A stretch of DNA of 64,000 bases from Bdellovibrionales bacterium (GTDB lineage: Bacteria > Bdellovibrionota > UBA1018): positions 25,905 to 89,904 of the forward strand of contig JAEUWC010000019.1 of NCBI GenBank assembly GCA_016786465.1. Direction: 5' to 3'. The notes under the pieces are model-generated. The model did not search any database. It was not told the DNA's origin and worked only from the letters and a program-made list of their open reading frames with translations. Position numbers and translations under genes: made by a program. How positions within the stretch are numbered: position 1 is the first letter of the stretch; every line of letters starts with the position of its first letter. Positions 8,548 to 16,510 of this stretch are shown piece by piece.

Positions 8548-10419
8548 ATGTCTTCTAAAGCGTCAAAAGTTCAATTTATTTCCAGAGGTTGGGGGCTCGA
8601 AAGGCCGCTGAGCTATGCATTGATTGGAACGGGGGCCTTGGGCCTTTATTCGTCGATCAACAACGAGCGCTGGAAAAGGGTCGTCGAAGATGAAAATTCA
8701 GGCGCCAAAATTGGGCTTGTGGAATCCAATGGGTCGGGCGTTCGCGTCAAGCATGCGGGCGGATCCGTTTGGCAGGATCTGAGCGGAACCCAAGACGCGA
8801 TCGAGGGGGATTCGATTTATACCGATTCCACCGCCAGCGCGAAACTTCGGTTAAAGAGCAAAGACGTTTTGGAAGTGGGTCCCGGAAGCTTGGTCATTGC
8901 TCGATTGGAAAAATCCAAGCCCGCAGAAGACCTACCCTGGTGGCAAAAAGTAGCGCAGCCTTTAAACGACGATAAACCCAAACCCATGCAGCTTGAAGTG
9001 AAGAAGGGTACCGTCCAAGTTGGCATCTTGGCTTCAGGCGGGGCGTTGTCGCTTACGGCTGGTGGTCAAAAGCTTCAGCTGAAATCCAAGGGCGGGCCTG
9101 CACAAGTGAGAATTCAAGTGGACGGAACAGATTCGGCCGGAAAACCGATTGTGAAACTTCAGTCCGCCGGCGGCAACGTTCAAGTTGCCGAAGCAGGAAG
9201 CAAGGTTTCTCGAGCCCTTCCGACGGGGCAAGCCGTTGTGGCCGCAGCCGGGGTAAATGGGGCCGCTTGGAAAACTTCCAAGGCCATCGAAACGCCTGTG
9301 ATTCAGGCCGAAAAAGTAACCACTCCGAAAGTGGTCGGCCCGATTCCGGGAACGGAATTGAAAGCAGATGCTGGAAAATTAAATGAAGTGACTTTTTCGT
9401 GGGAAAAGTTGCCGCCGGGAATTTATGGCGAACTTGAAGTGCGATCAGTTCAAACCACCGCGCTTGCAGCGCGATCAGAAGGTAGCCGAAATGGGGCGTC
9501 GGTTTCACTTCCTTTAGGTTCATTTGACTGGCGCGTTCGCGCACGGGCTGGTGAAGCGGGACAGAAGTCCGAATGGACATCCTATCAACGTCTGGATCTA
9601 GTGGAATCGTTAGGCGGACGTCCAAGCATCACGCAGGCTCCGGATCCAGAATTCAAAAAAGTGATCGCCCTTGCTGCCGCACCAAAGCCGGCGCCGGTTG
9701 CGGCTCCAAAGCCGGCTTCTGCTGCAAAGCCTGCTTTTTTGAATGCAAAACCTAGTTTTTCAGTGGCAAAGCCCAAGCCGCAAGCCACTTGGGTTCCCAA
9801 AGCCGGAAGTACTCCGGTTGCTGTAAAGCCGGCAGCAGTCGCGGTTCCGGTCAAGGCAGTGATCGGAGCAATAGCGCCTTGGTTGGTGCCTGCACCTGTC
9901 AGTCAAATGGATCGATTGACGTTTGATGCAGGTTGGATGGCAGTGGGTCTAACGAAAAACTATGTCGTAACCGTCTTTAAGGACGGCGTGCAGACGGAAA
10001 AAGAAACCACAACCGAAGCAAAACGAAGGATCACAATCGTCGACCTGAATGTGAAGCAGGGGTATCAGTTTCAAGTTCAAGCCATGGACGCAAACGGCAA
10101 GGTGATTGCTGAAAGCCCGAAAGTGGCCATCGCATTAGAACTTGGGATTCCAAAAGGAGCCGAACCGGTGGATGGCGCTGAAGTCGCAGGATCGGACAAG
10201 ATCATTCTGACTTGGTCCAAGGTTCCGATGGCTGAATTTTACGATATCGAAATCGCCGGTGACCCCCAGTTCAAAACGCAGACCCGGTCCACGCAAACGG
10301 ATAAGAACTTCGTATCCTTTAGAAAGACCACACCGGGGACGGTTTACTGGCGCCTTCGTGCTAAATCGGGGGCAAAAAATAGCCAATGGTCAGCACCCAG
10401 GAACTTCAAGGTCAAATAG
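8548..10419 (+). CDS. FecR-like domain protein with an Ala/Pro/Lys-rich linker and three C-terminal FN3-like repeats; divergent from the phosphatase operon
   Basis: DAIEGDSIYTDSTASAKLRLKSKDVLEVGPGSLVIARL is FecR-like. The linker is APKPAPVAAPKPASAAKPA. Repeats end ...WRVRARAGEAGQKSEWTS and ...YWRLRAKSGAKNSQWSAPRNFKVK, matching the C-terminus of 3131..4597. Confidence 0.45.
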   Translation: MSSKASKVQFISRGWGLERPLSYALIGTGALGLYSSINNERWKRVVEDENSGAKIGLVESNGSGVRVKHAGGSVWQDLSGTQDAIEGDSIYTDSTASAKLRLKSKDVLEVGPGSLVIARLEKSKPAEDLPWWQKVAQPLNDDKPKPMQLEVKKGTVQVGILASGGALSLTAGGQKLQLKSKGGPAQVRIQVDGTDSAGKPIVKLQSAGGNVQVAEAGSKVSRALPTGQAVVAAAGVNGAAWKTSKAIETPVIQAEKVTTPKVVGPIPGTELKADAGKLNEVTFSWEKLPPGIYGELEVRSVQTTALAARSEGSRNGASVSLPLGSFDWRVRARAGEAGQKSEWTSYQRLDLVESLGGRPSITQAPDPEFKKVIALAAAPKPAPVAAPKPASAAKPAFLNAKPSFSVAKPKPQATWVPKAGSTPVAVKPAAVAVPVKAVIGAIAPWLVPAPVSQMDRLTFDAGWMAVGLTKNYVVTVFKDGVQTEKETTTEAKRRITIVDLNVKQGYQFQVQAMDANGKVIAESPKVAIALELGIPKGAEPVDGAEVAGSDKIILTWSKVPMAEFYDIEIAGDPQFKTQTRSTQTDKNFVSFRKTTPGTVYWRLRAKSGAKNSQWSAPRNFKVK

Positions 10420-10432
10420 ACCCAAGGGTCCT

Positions 10433-10450
10433 GGTTTTCGTCAGAAAACC
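10433..10450 (+). terminator. Possible hairpin downstream of 8548..10419: ggttttc-gtca-gaaaacc, 7-bp perfect stem followed by a weak T tract
   Basis: Inverted repeat read directly from the sequence. The following T-run (cttttat) is short and interrupted. Confidence 0.3.
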
Positions 10451-10519
10451 GACAGGTGCGTAAACTTTTATGCACTTTTAACCTATTGAAATATAAGATT
10501 TCTCCGATATATCTAGGGA

Positions 10520-11146
10520 ATGGACCTAGAAGGGGTGCGTACTACTTTACTCAGTGCCGTTGGACCGAATGCCTACCCGGTCTTCTTTGGTCTTTTGATC
10601 AGTGGATCGTTGGGAATGCCCGTGAATTCGGACACCCTTTTGATTCTTGGAGCGGTGCTCGCTGCGACTGGTCACCTGGACATTCAAGTCCTGATCATCG
10701 GTGCCCCGATGACGATTCTAGCTGGCGACACGATCAATTTTTTTATCGCTCGAAAACATGGAAAGAAAATCCTGGCGACTCGGTTTTTTCGTCGGTGGGT
10801 TTCGATTGAAAAGCAGGCGCAGATTCAAGACTTCGCCACGCGGCACGGGGCAAAGTGCATTTTCATGACCCGGTTCACGCCACTTCTGCGGGCGGTGACG
10901 TTCTTCATTTCAGGAAGCGTTCAGGTCAAACCGAAAACTTTTTTTGCAATGAACGGACTAGCAACTTGGATTTACGTACCCAGCTTGCTTTTGGCCGTTT
11001 ATTTCACCGCAAGCCACCTTCAAGAATGGGTGGATGGTTATCAAGTTTTTGTCAAAGGGGCACTAACCGCGACCGGCCTAGCCCTTTTCTATTTCCTTGC
11101 AAAATGGGCCAGTCGAAGATGGATGGAGAACGGCAATGCATCTTGA
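10520..11146 (+). CDS. DedA-family (SNARE-associated / VTT domain) inner-membrane protein
   Basis: Multi-pass membrane protein with the DedA signature region ...ILAGDTINFFIARKHGKKIL... and an overall DedA layout. Confidence 0.6.
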   Translation: MDLEGVRTTLLSAVGPNAYPVFFGLLISGSLGMPVNSDTLLILGAVLAATGHLDIQVLIIGAPMTILAGDTINFFIARKHGKKILATRFFRRWVSIEKQAQIQDFATRHGAKCIFMTRFTPLLRAVTFFISGSVQVKPKTFFAMNGLATWIYVPSLLLAVYFTASHLQEWVDGYQVFVKGALTATGLALFYFLAKWASRRWMENGNAS

Positions 11147-11990
11147 TGTTCAGACCAAATTTACTTTAGGCACGCATATCACTGACGAACAGCATGCTTT
11201 TTATCAAAAGTATGGATTTGTGATTTTTAAGAGCGCTTATTCGATGGAAGAAGTGCAAAAGATCCGTGACGGAATCGTTGAAGCCACCGAAACGATTACC
11301 GCCCAAGGTCGCGAATTCATCAATGGGGTTCCCGTGAAGTACGGAATGAACAATCAGGGCAAGATTCTTCCGCAAAGAACGCCATTCATGAACCTTCTCA
11401 ATACCAAGGTCAATGAAATGGTCAGCCACCCGCGCTTGAAGCCGCTTTTGGAATTCATCCCGGGAAGCCGCTTTGGTCTTCAAGAGCGGGACGGCGTGGT
11501 CATCAACCATTATATTGCCGGTGCAAAATCCAAATTCAAGAAACTAGGCTGGCATACAGATTCAATTCGCGATCTTTTTTACTTTGAAAAGGTCCGTCCG
11601 ATGCTGAACGTGGGTCTTCATATTTATCCTTCGTCCCTGGAACAGGGCGGCCTTCGGATCATTCCAGGAACACATAAAGGCGGTCTTCTCAGCCTTTTCT
11701 TCCGCCGCGGATACATTTTTGATAACGCTCCGGATCCGCAGGAATTGATTGTATCGGTTGAACCCGGCGACGTCACGATTCATGACGGACGCATGTGGCA
11801 TCGCGCCGCAGGGCCCACGGTTGCGGTCAAGGGCGAACGAAAGTCGCTTTATTTTCCAATCCTTTGCGGCCCGGTTCGCAAGAAAAGTTCGGAAAGTTCC
11901 GTTCCTTTTTACCTGCGATTCATGTCAGGTCTAAAGCCACCCAAGCCCGAAACTCAAGAAGCGATGTCGAATGTCAACCGTTCAGCATAA
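11136..11990 (+). CDS. Phytanoyl-CoA dioxygenase (PhyH) family Fe(II)/2-oxoglutarate oxygenase
   Basis: GWHTDS...IIPGTHKGG...HDGRMWHRA provides the His-x-Asp...His facial-triad context. The ATG at 11136 is preferred over 11097 because the latter overlaps DedA by 50 nt. Confidence 0.55.
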   Translation: MHLDVQTKFTLGTHITDEQHAFYQKYGFVIFKSAYSMEEVQKIRDGIVEATETITAQGREFINGVPVKYGMNNQGKILPQRTPFMNLLNTKVNEMVSHPRLKPLLEFIPGSRFGLQERDGVVINHYIAGAKSKFKKLGWHTDSIRDLFYFEKVRPMLNVGLHIYPSSLEQGGLRIIPGTHKGGLLSLFFRRGYIFDNAPDPQELIVSVEPGDVTIHDGRMWHRAAGPTVAVKGERKSLYFPILCGPVRKKSSESSVPFYLRFMSGLKPPKPETQEAMSNVNRSA

Positions 11991-12759
11991 GGTCGTTGTC
12001 ACAGGGGCAAGCCAAGGGATCGGCGCCGCTATTGCGGAAGTCTACGCAAAAAAGGGTGCTGAACTTTTTCTGGTTGCGCGGAATGAAGCAAAACTGAAGG
12101 AAGTTGCGGATCGATGCCTTCAAGCGGGTGCATCCAGGGTCGAAGTTTTTGCAGTTGATCTTTCAAACCCGGAAAGTTGGGCTTCCGTTGTCAATCAGGC
12201 TGAAACAAGAAAGTTTCAGGCCGACACTTTGGTGAATAACGCCGGTTATGGCGTGTGGGGAGAATTTGAAAAGCTTTCCCTGGAAGAACAGCTGAAGAAT
12301 ATGCGACTGAACATGGATTGCGTGGTTTCCTTGACCCACTTGTTTCTGCCCATGTTGAGAAAGCACCAAAAATCGTATGTCCTGAATGTCGCTAGCACGA
12401 CGGCTTATCAGGCGATGCCGACTTTCGCTGTCTATGCGGCGTCAAAATCATTTGTATTGTCGTTCACTCGAGCAATTCACCACGAATTGAAGAAATCCGG
12501 GGTCGTCATCAGTTGCCTGGTCCCAGGTGCGACTTCAACTGGGTTCATTTCGCGCGCCGGCCTTGAGCATGCAGCGGAAAAGGCTGAAAAAGTCAGCATG
12601 GAACCCATGGCGGTTGCGAAAATTGGAGTCGAAGGACTTTTGAAAGCGAAACTAGAAATCGTTCCGGGATTTGTGAATGTCCTGTCCAAGGGACTGGTTC
12701 CTTTACTTCCGAAAGGACTAGTTGAATCTGCGGCCGCTTCGATCTACGAAAAGAAGTAG
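11971..12759 (+). CDS. Short-chain dehydrogenase/reductase (SDR) family oxidoreductase
   Basis: VVVTGASQGIGAAIA (TGxxxGIG Rossmann motif), NNAG, and the catalytic YAASK. Confidence 0.8.
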   Translation: MSTVQHKVVVTGASQGIGAAIAEVYAKKGAELFLVARNEAKLKEVADRCLQAGASRVEVFAVDLSNPESWASVVNQAETRKFQADTLVNNAGYGVWGEFEKLSLEEQLKNMRLNMDCVVSLTHLFLPMLRKHQKSYVLNVASTTAYQAMPTFAVYAASKSFVLSFTRAIHHELKKSGVVISCLVPGATSTGFISRAGLEHAAEKAEKVSMEPMAVAKIGVEGLLKAKLEIVPGFVNVLSKGLVPLLPKGLVESAAASIYEKK

Positions 12760-13693
12760 ATTGAAAAAGATCGCGTTTCTTATTTTGTTTCTATTCTCGC
12801 TCAGTCCCTGGGTGCGCTCGGAAGTCGCGCTTGCTACGGGACTGCTTTGGGCGTTTTTATTTCAGAATCCGTTCCCGGCAGATTTGACAAAAAAGTTTCA
12901 GGGCAGACTGCTTCAAGGATCAGTCGTTGGGCTTGGGTTTTCAATTCAGCTGGGGGTTGTTTTATCGACTGGGTCATCCAGTCTGGGAATGACCGCGGGT
13001 TCCATTGCTGGAACCTTTTTGTTGGGGTTCTTTCTTTCGCGTGTGATTCGCGTTCCAAATAAAATGCAGGTCTTGGTGTCGTCTGGAACGGCGATCTGCG
13101 GGGGTAGCGCTATTGCTGCAGTCGGACCGGTTATTTCGGCCGACCGAACTGAAATGTCCATGAGCCTAGCGGTCGTTTTCATTTTAAATTCCGTAGCGCT
13201 TTTGATTTTTCCAAGCCTGGGACATTGGGCGGGATTTAGCCAAGAGCAGTTTGGACTTTGGGCCGCATTGGCAATTCATGACACCAGTTCCGTGGTGGGT
13301 GCCGCATCTAGTTTTGGACCTGTGGCCTTGGGTCATGCAACGACCGTAAAGCTGGTTCGCGCACTTTGGATTTTGCCGCTTTGTTTGGTGATCGGATTTG
13401 GCTTCCAATTTTTAGGTCAAAAGAATCGGTCCGCGAAAGTCCCTTTTCCATGGTTCATTTTCGGGTTCTTAGCTGCAAGCGGGCTGTCCAGTTTCGTTCC
13501 ACAGTGGGAAAGCGTCTGGAAAATGATTTCAACGATTTCTCGGCACGCACTGGTGGGGTCGATCTTTCTGATCGGAGCAGCCATGGACCCTGCGACGATC
13601 AAGAAATCGGGTGCCGCAGTCGTCGGGTATGGAACCATTTTGTGGGTCTTAGTGGGAACGCTTTCGTTTCTTTTCGTAAAGGCGAACGGCTAG
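12722..13693 (+). CDS. YeiH/UPF0324-family putative sulfate-exporter-type membrane protein
   Basis: About 10 TM segments with the conserved ICGGSAIAAVGPVI block. The start is uncertain because the annotated ATG overlaps the SDR gene by 38 nt. Confidence 0.55.
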   Translation: MNLRPLRSTKRSRLKKIAFLILFLFSLSPWVRSEVALATGLLWAFLFQNPFPADLTKKFQGRLLQGSVVGLGFSIQLGVVLSTGSSSLGMTAGSIAGTFLLGFFLSRVIRVPNKMQVLVSSGTAICGGSAIAAVGPVISADRTEMSMSLAVVFILNSVALLIFPSLGHWAGFSQEQFGLWAALAIHDTSSVVGAASSFGPVALGHATTVKLVRALWILPLCLVIGFGFQFLGQKNRSAKVPFPWFIFGFLAASGLSSFVPQWESVWKMISTISRHALVGSIFLIGAAMDPATIKKSGAAVVGYGTILWVLVGTLSFLFVKANG

Positions 13694-14341
13694 GGGAATT
13701 GCCGCAAGGACCAGGCTTAGAATCCATTCCCAAGCCGATGTGGTTTGGGTTCCCGATCCGGGCGCAAGAACGGACCCTCCCCAAGAATAAAAGAAGCTGG
13801 CCGGAAGCATCGCCAAAAAAGTAATGCCCATGAATGGGGCGACCCGCATTTGCGTCATCCCAAACGCCCAATTAATGGACCAAAAAGGGATGAAGGGAAT
13901 GAAGCGCGCTGAAAAAAGATACTTGCCTCCGTGTAGCTTGGCTTCATGAAGGATGGGGTCAATCTGTTTTCCCCATTTTGCCAAAATCCAAGCTTTCAAA
14001 AATCTTCGCGCCAAAAGAAAGGCCAAAGTCGCGCCGGCAGTGCTTCCAAACGCCACCAAAATGGGTCCAATCCATTTACCAAAAAACATCCCAGCCAAAA
14101 GATTCAAAAAAACCGCCGCAGGAAAAACGGCAAGAAAGGAAATGATCGTGTAGCCCAGAACAAATGCAACGGTGGATTCGACCCAGTTGGCTTGCACCCA
14201 GTTTTGCATCACTGAAATTCTTGAAAGCAGGTCGGGAAGGTAAGAAAGATAGGCGACCAATCCAATGGCCAAGAACAAGAAAAATGCCCCCAAAAAAGCG
14301 GCGGGATTCCTTATGTTTCGAATTGGATCCGTTTTTTCCAT
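13649..14341 (-). CDS. TVP38/TMEM64 (DedA-superfamily) membrane protein, last gene of the egt-linked operon
   Basis: Membrane protein with the ...LAGMFFGKWIGPILVAFGSTAGATLAFLLARRFL... signature. Overlaps the upstream ATP-grasp gene end by 31 nt. Confidence 0.55.
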   Translation of the reverse strand: MEKTDPIRNIRNPAAFLGAFFLFLAIGLVAYLSYLPDLLSRISVMQNWVQANWVESTVAFVLGYTIISFLAVFPAAVFLNLLAGMFFGKWIGPILVAFGSTAGATLAFLLARRFLKAWILAKWGKQIDPILHEAKLHGGKYLFSARFIPFIPFWSINWAFGMTQMRVAPFMGITFLAMLPASFFYSWGGSVLAPGSGTQTTSAWEWILSLVLAAIPLAVRLYEKKRKRSH

Positions 14342-15573
14342 TCTTCCTCAAGGGCTTTTCTAAATGCCGGAATTTCAGGTTCTTGATCAAAACTGGCATG
14401 AATCGCTAAGTACCGAAATGAATCGGGGTCTTGGGGCAGGCGCGAAAGCCTTTTGCCTTCTTCATAAAGCGGGTAGCCTTCGATCCAGCCGGGAAGATTA
14501 GAAAGTTCGTCCCAGTCTGATTCCCCCAATCCTTTTTTGACTTTTGCGTCTTGAAACAGACGAAAAACCAGGCTGGACGCAATTTTTTGAAGTTTTTTTG
14601 TGTCTGGAAGTTTTGGGTCTTTTCCACTTGCCAGAGCGACGGCGACGTCAATGCTGTTTACACCCAAGACGGAATCGTAAAGGTCGCTAAACTGGGACGC
14701 GCCACGGGGGTTGACTTCGATGATTTTTAGCTGTTGGGTTTTTGGATCAAAGCGCCACTCGATGTTAAAAAGTGTGGAACGAAGGCCGGATTCAAAGGCT
14801 AGTTTTAATGAGGCTTCCGAAATTTGTTTCTGAACGGCGCGGGGTAGTGAGCTTGGAAATCGAAATTCAGAAAAACTTTCAGTTCCATCGTAAAAATGGG
14901 AATCCGTGATTCCGATGGGGTGCGCCTGGGTTTGGGTGACGTACCCTTCAAAAGTGCATTGGATTCCTGGAACCCAGGATTCGGCGATAAATTCGCGGGC
15001 GGAAACTTTTAAACCCGCATTTGCGGCAAATTCGTGAAAAGGGCGCATTAGGAACCGAAATAAAAAGCGTTCGCGAATCGTCAGCCGTTGGTAAGCTTCC
15101 AAGTCTGCCTGTTGCTCAATTTTCTTGGATCGAACTGAAAGCAAACCCTTCACGGGTTTTGCAAAAAAGGGAAATGCGAAAGCAGACGGCCCGCTACCTT
15201 CAATCATCTTGGAAAACCCCGGTGTAAATTCGGGGCAGATCTTTTTCTGAAGTTCACGGGACAATCTTTTGTGGGACAGTTTCAAAAGATCCGGAAGGCG
15301 CGGCCCGGGAAGCCCAAGACGATCGGCAATATAGGAAGCTGCTAGGCAGCCGGGGTAATCCTGAAAGCTCAAAACGGCAGTGACGGGGGGGTTTAAGCGC
15401 CTGGCTTCTTCGACCCATTCGTCACAAGTCTTGATGATTGATCGGGTCCAGGGGTTGCGTGATCCCTGGAATTCTTTGAATTCAACCTGGGCGTCAGGAT
15501 TCCTTCGGCTCCATTTTTCAAAGCCCTTCTTTTCGAAAATGCTTGGAAAAATGACCCAGATTCGTTCACGCAT
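14311..15573 (-). CDS. ATP-grasp family ligase, translationally coupled to egtD
   Basis: C-terminal ATP-grasp core KIIEVNPRGASQFSDLYDSVLGV. Its start ATG(15573) overlaps the egtD stop as ATGCGTGA. 420 aa. Confidence 0.6.
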   Translation of the reverse strand: MRERIWVIFPSIFEKKGFEKWSRRNPDAQVEFKEFQGSRNPWTRSIIKTCDEWVEEARRLNPPVTAVLSFQDYPGCLAASYIADRLGLPGPRLPDLLKLSHKRLSRELQKKICPEFTPGFSKMIEGSGPSAFAFPFFAKPVKGLLSVRSKKIEQQADLEAYQRLTIRERFLFRFLMRPFHEFAANAGLKVSAREFIAESWVPGIQCTFEGYVTQTQAHPIGITDSHFYDGTESFSEFRFPSSLPRAVQKQISEASLKLAFESGLRSTLFNIEWRFDPKTQQLKIIEVNPRGASQFSDLYDSVLGVNSIDVAVALASGKDPKLPDTKKLQKIASSLVFRLFQDAKVKKGLGESDWDELSNLPGWIEGYPLYEEGKRLSRLPQDPDSFRYLAIHASFDQEPEIPAFRKALEEEWKKRIQFET

Positions 15574-16510
15574 GAAAAAGGACTTCCACGAAATTGTGAT
15601 TTTTATCCGACCAAGACTTCACGAATTTTAGCCCCAGGCGATGAAATCTTTGGATCAGTTCAATTTCGTCAAATTTATGTGAATTCTCGGTGTGAATGGA
15701 TTCACCGCGGCGAAATGAAATTTTGTGCCCTAGCACTTCGATTTCCTGGTCAAAGTCCGAAACCAAGTGCATTTCGATTCGTCGTTCATGGGGATTGAAG
15801 CGTGCCTCGTGCCGAAAGGTTTCGGGTTGAACGCGGGCACCCAATTCTGAACGCATCCGGACCAATAGATTTCGATTGAATTGGGCTGTGATTCCAGCCG
15901 AATCCCAGTAAGCCGGAACTAATTCTTCTTTGGATTTCCAGCGATCTACCCCAAGGATGAAAGCGCCCTTTCCGGGCCTGATAAAATCTAAGGTCCGTTG
16001 AATCAGGGCGTCGATTTCGTTGGCATCTAAGTTTCCCAACGTCGATCCGGGGAAAAAAACCAATCGACGCCGATTTGACCCCAGCTTCTGGTTTAAATCC
16101 TGAAAGGGTTCGTCTTTAAGAAAATCACCTTCAAAAGGATCCACCCAAAGTCGAGGAAGCTTCTTGGCTAAGGAATGAACGCTCATTTCCAAATAAGCTG
16201 GCGAATAATCCATCGGGACGTAAGTCGGAAGTTTCGTCCCGGGCGGAAGCTTCGAAAGAATTTTGGCGATTTTTTCGCCGGATCCCGCACCGTATTCAAC
16301 GATGACATCAAATTCAGACATGTGATGGGCGATCTCAGAACCATGGATTTCAAAAATCTCGTTCTCCGAGCGCGTCAGGTAGTATTCGGGTAGGTCGCAG
16401 ATTTTCTCAAAAAGTGCGGCGCCGTTTTTATCGTACAGGTACTTGGGATGGGTTCGCTTGGGAACGGATTGAAGGCCTTGAAGGATGTCCTGACCAAAAC
16501 TCGGGGTCAT
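15566..16510 (-). CDS. egtD: EgtD-like SAM-dependent L-histidine N-alpha-methyltransferase (ergothioneine pathway)
   Basis: PKYLYDKNGAALFEKICDLPEYYLTRSENEIF and VIVEYGAGSGEKIAKIL match EgtD hallmarks. The chosen start is the internal Met (MTPSFGQ...) whose ATG overlaps the egtB TGA as ATGA. The longer ORF in the track would overlap egtB by 241 nt. Confidence 0.7.
   Translation of the reverse strand: MTPSFGQDILQGLQSVPKRTHPKYLYDKNGAALFEKICDLPEYYLTRSENEIFEIHGSEIAHHMSEFDVIVEYGAGSGEKIAKILSKLPPGTKLPTYVPMDYSPAYLEMSVHSLAKKLPRLWVDPFEGDFLKDEPFQDLNQKLGSNRRRLVFFPGSTLGNLDANEIDALIQRTLDFIRPGKGAFILGVDRWKSKEELVPAYWDSAGITAQFNRNLLVRMRSELGARVQPETFRHEARFNPHERRIEMHLVSDFDQEIEVLGHKISFRRGESIHTENSHKFDEIELIQRFHRLGLKFVKSWSDKNHNFVEVLFHA

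Noticed and set aside
9053-9625. 190-aa minus-strand ORF inside the FecR-like gene, and similar internal or antisense ORFs (549-860, 31166-31630, 37071-37547, 46075-46362 and others)
   Set aside because: All are nested in or antisense to longer ORFs with real domain content. They are treated as spurious.
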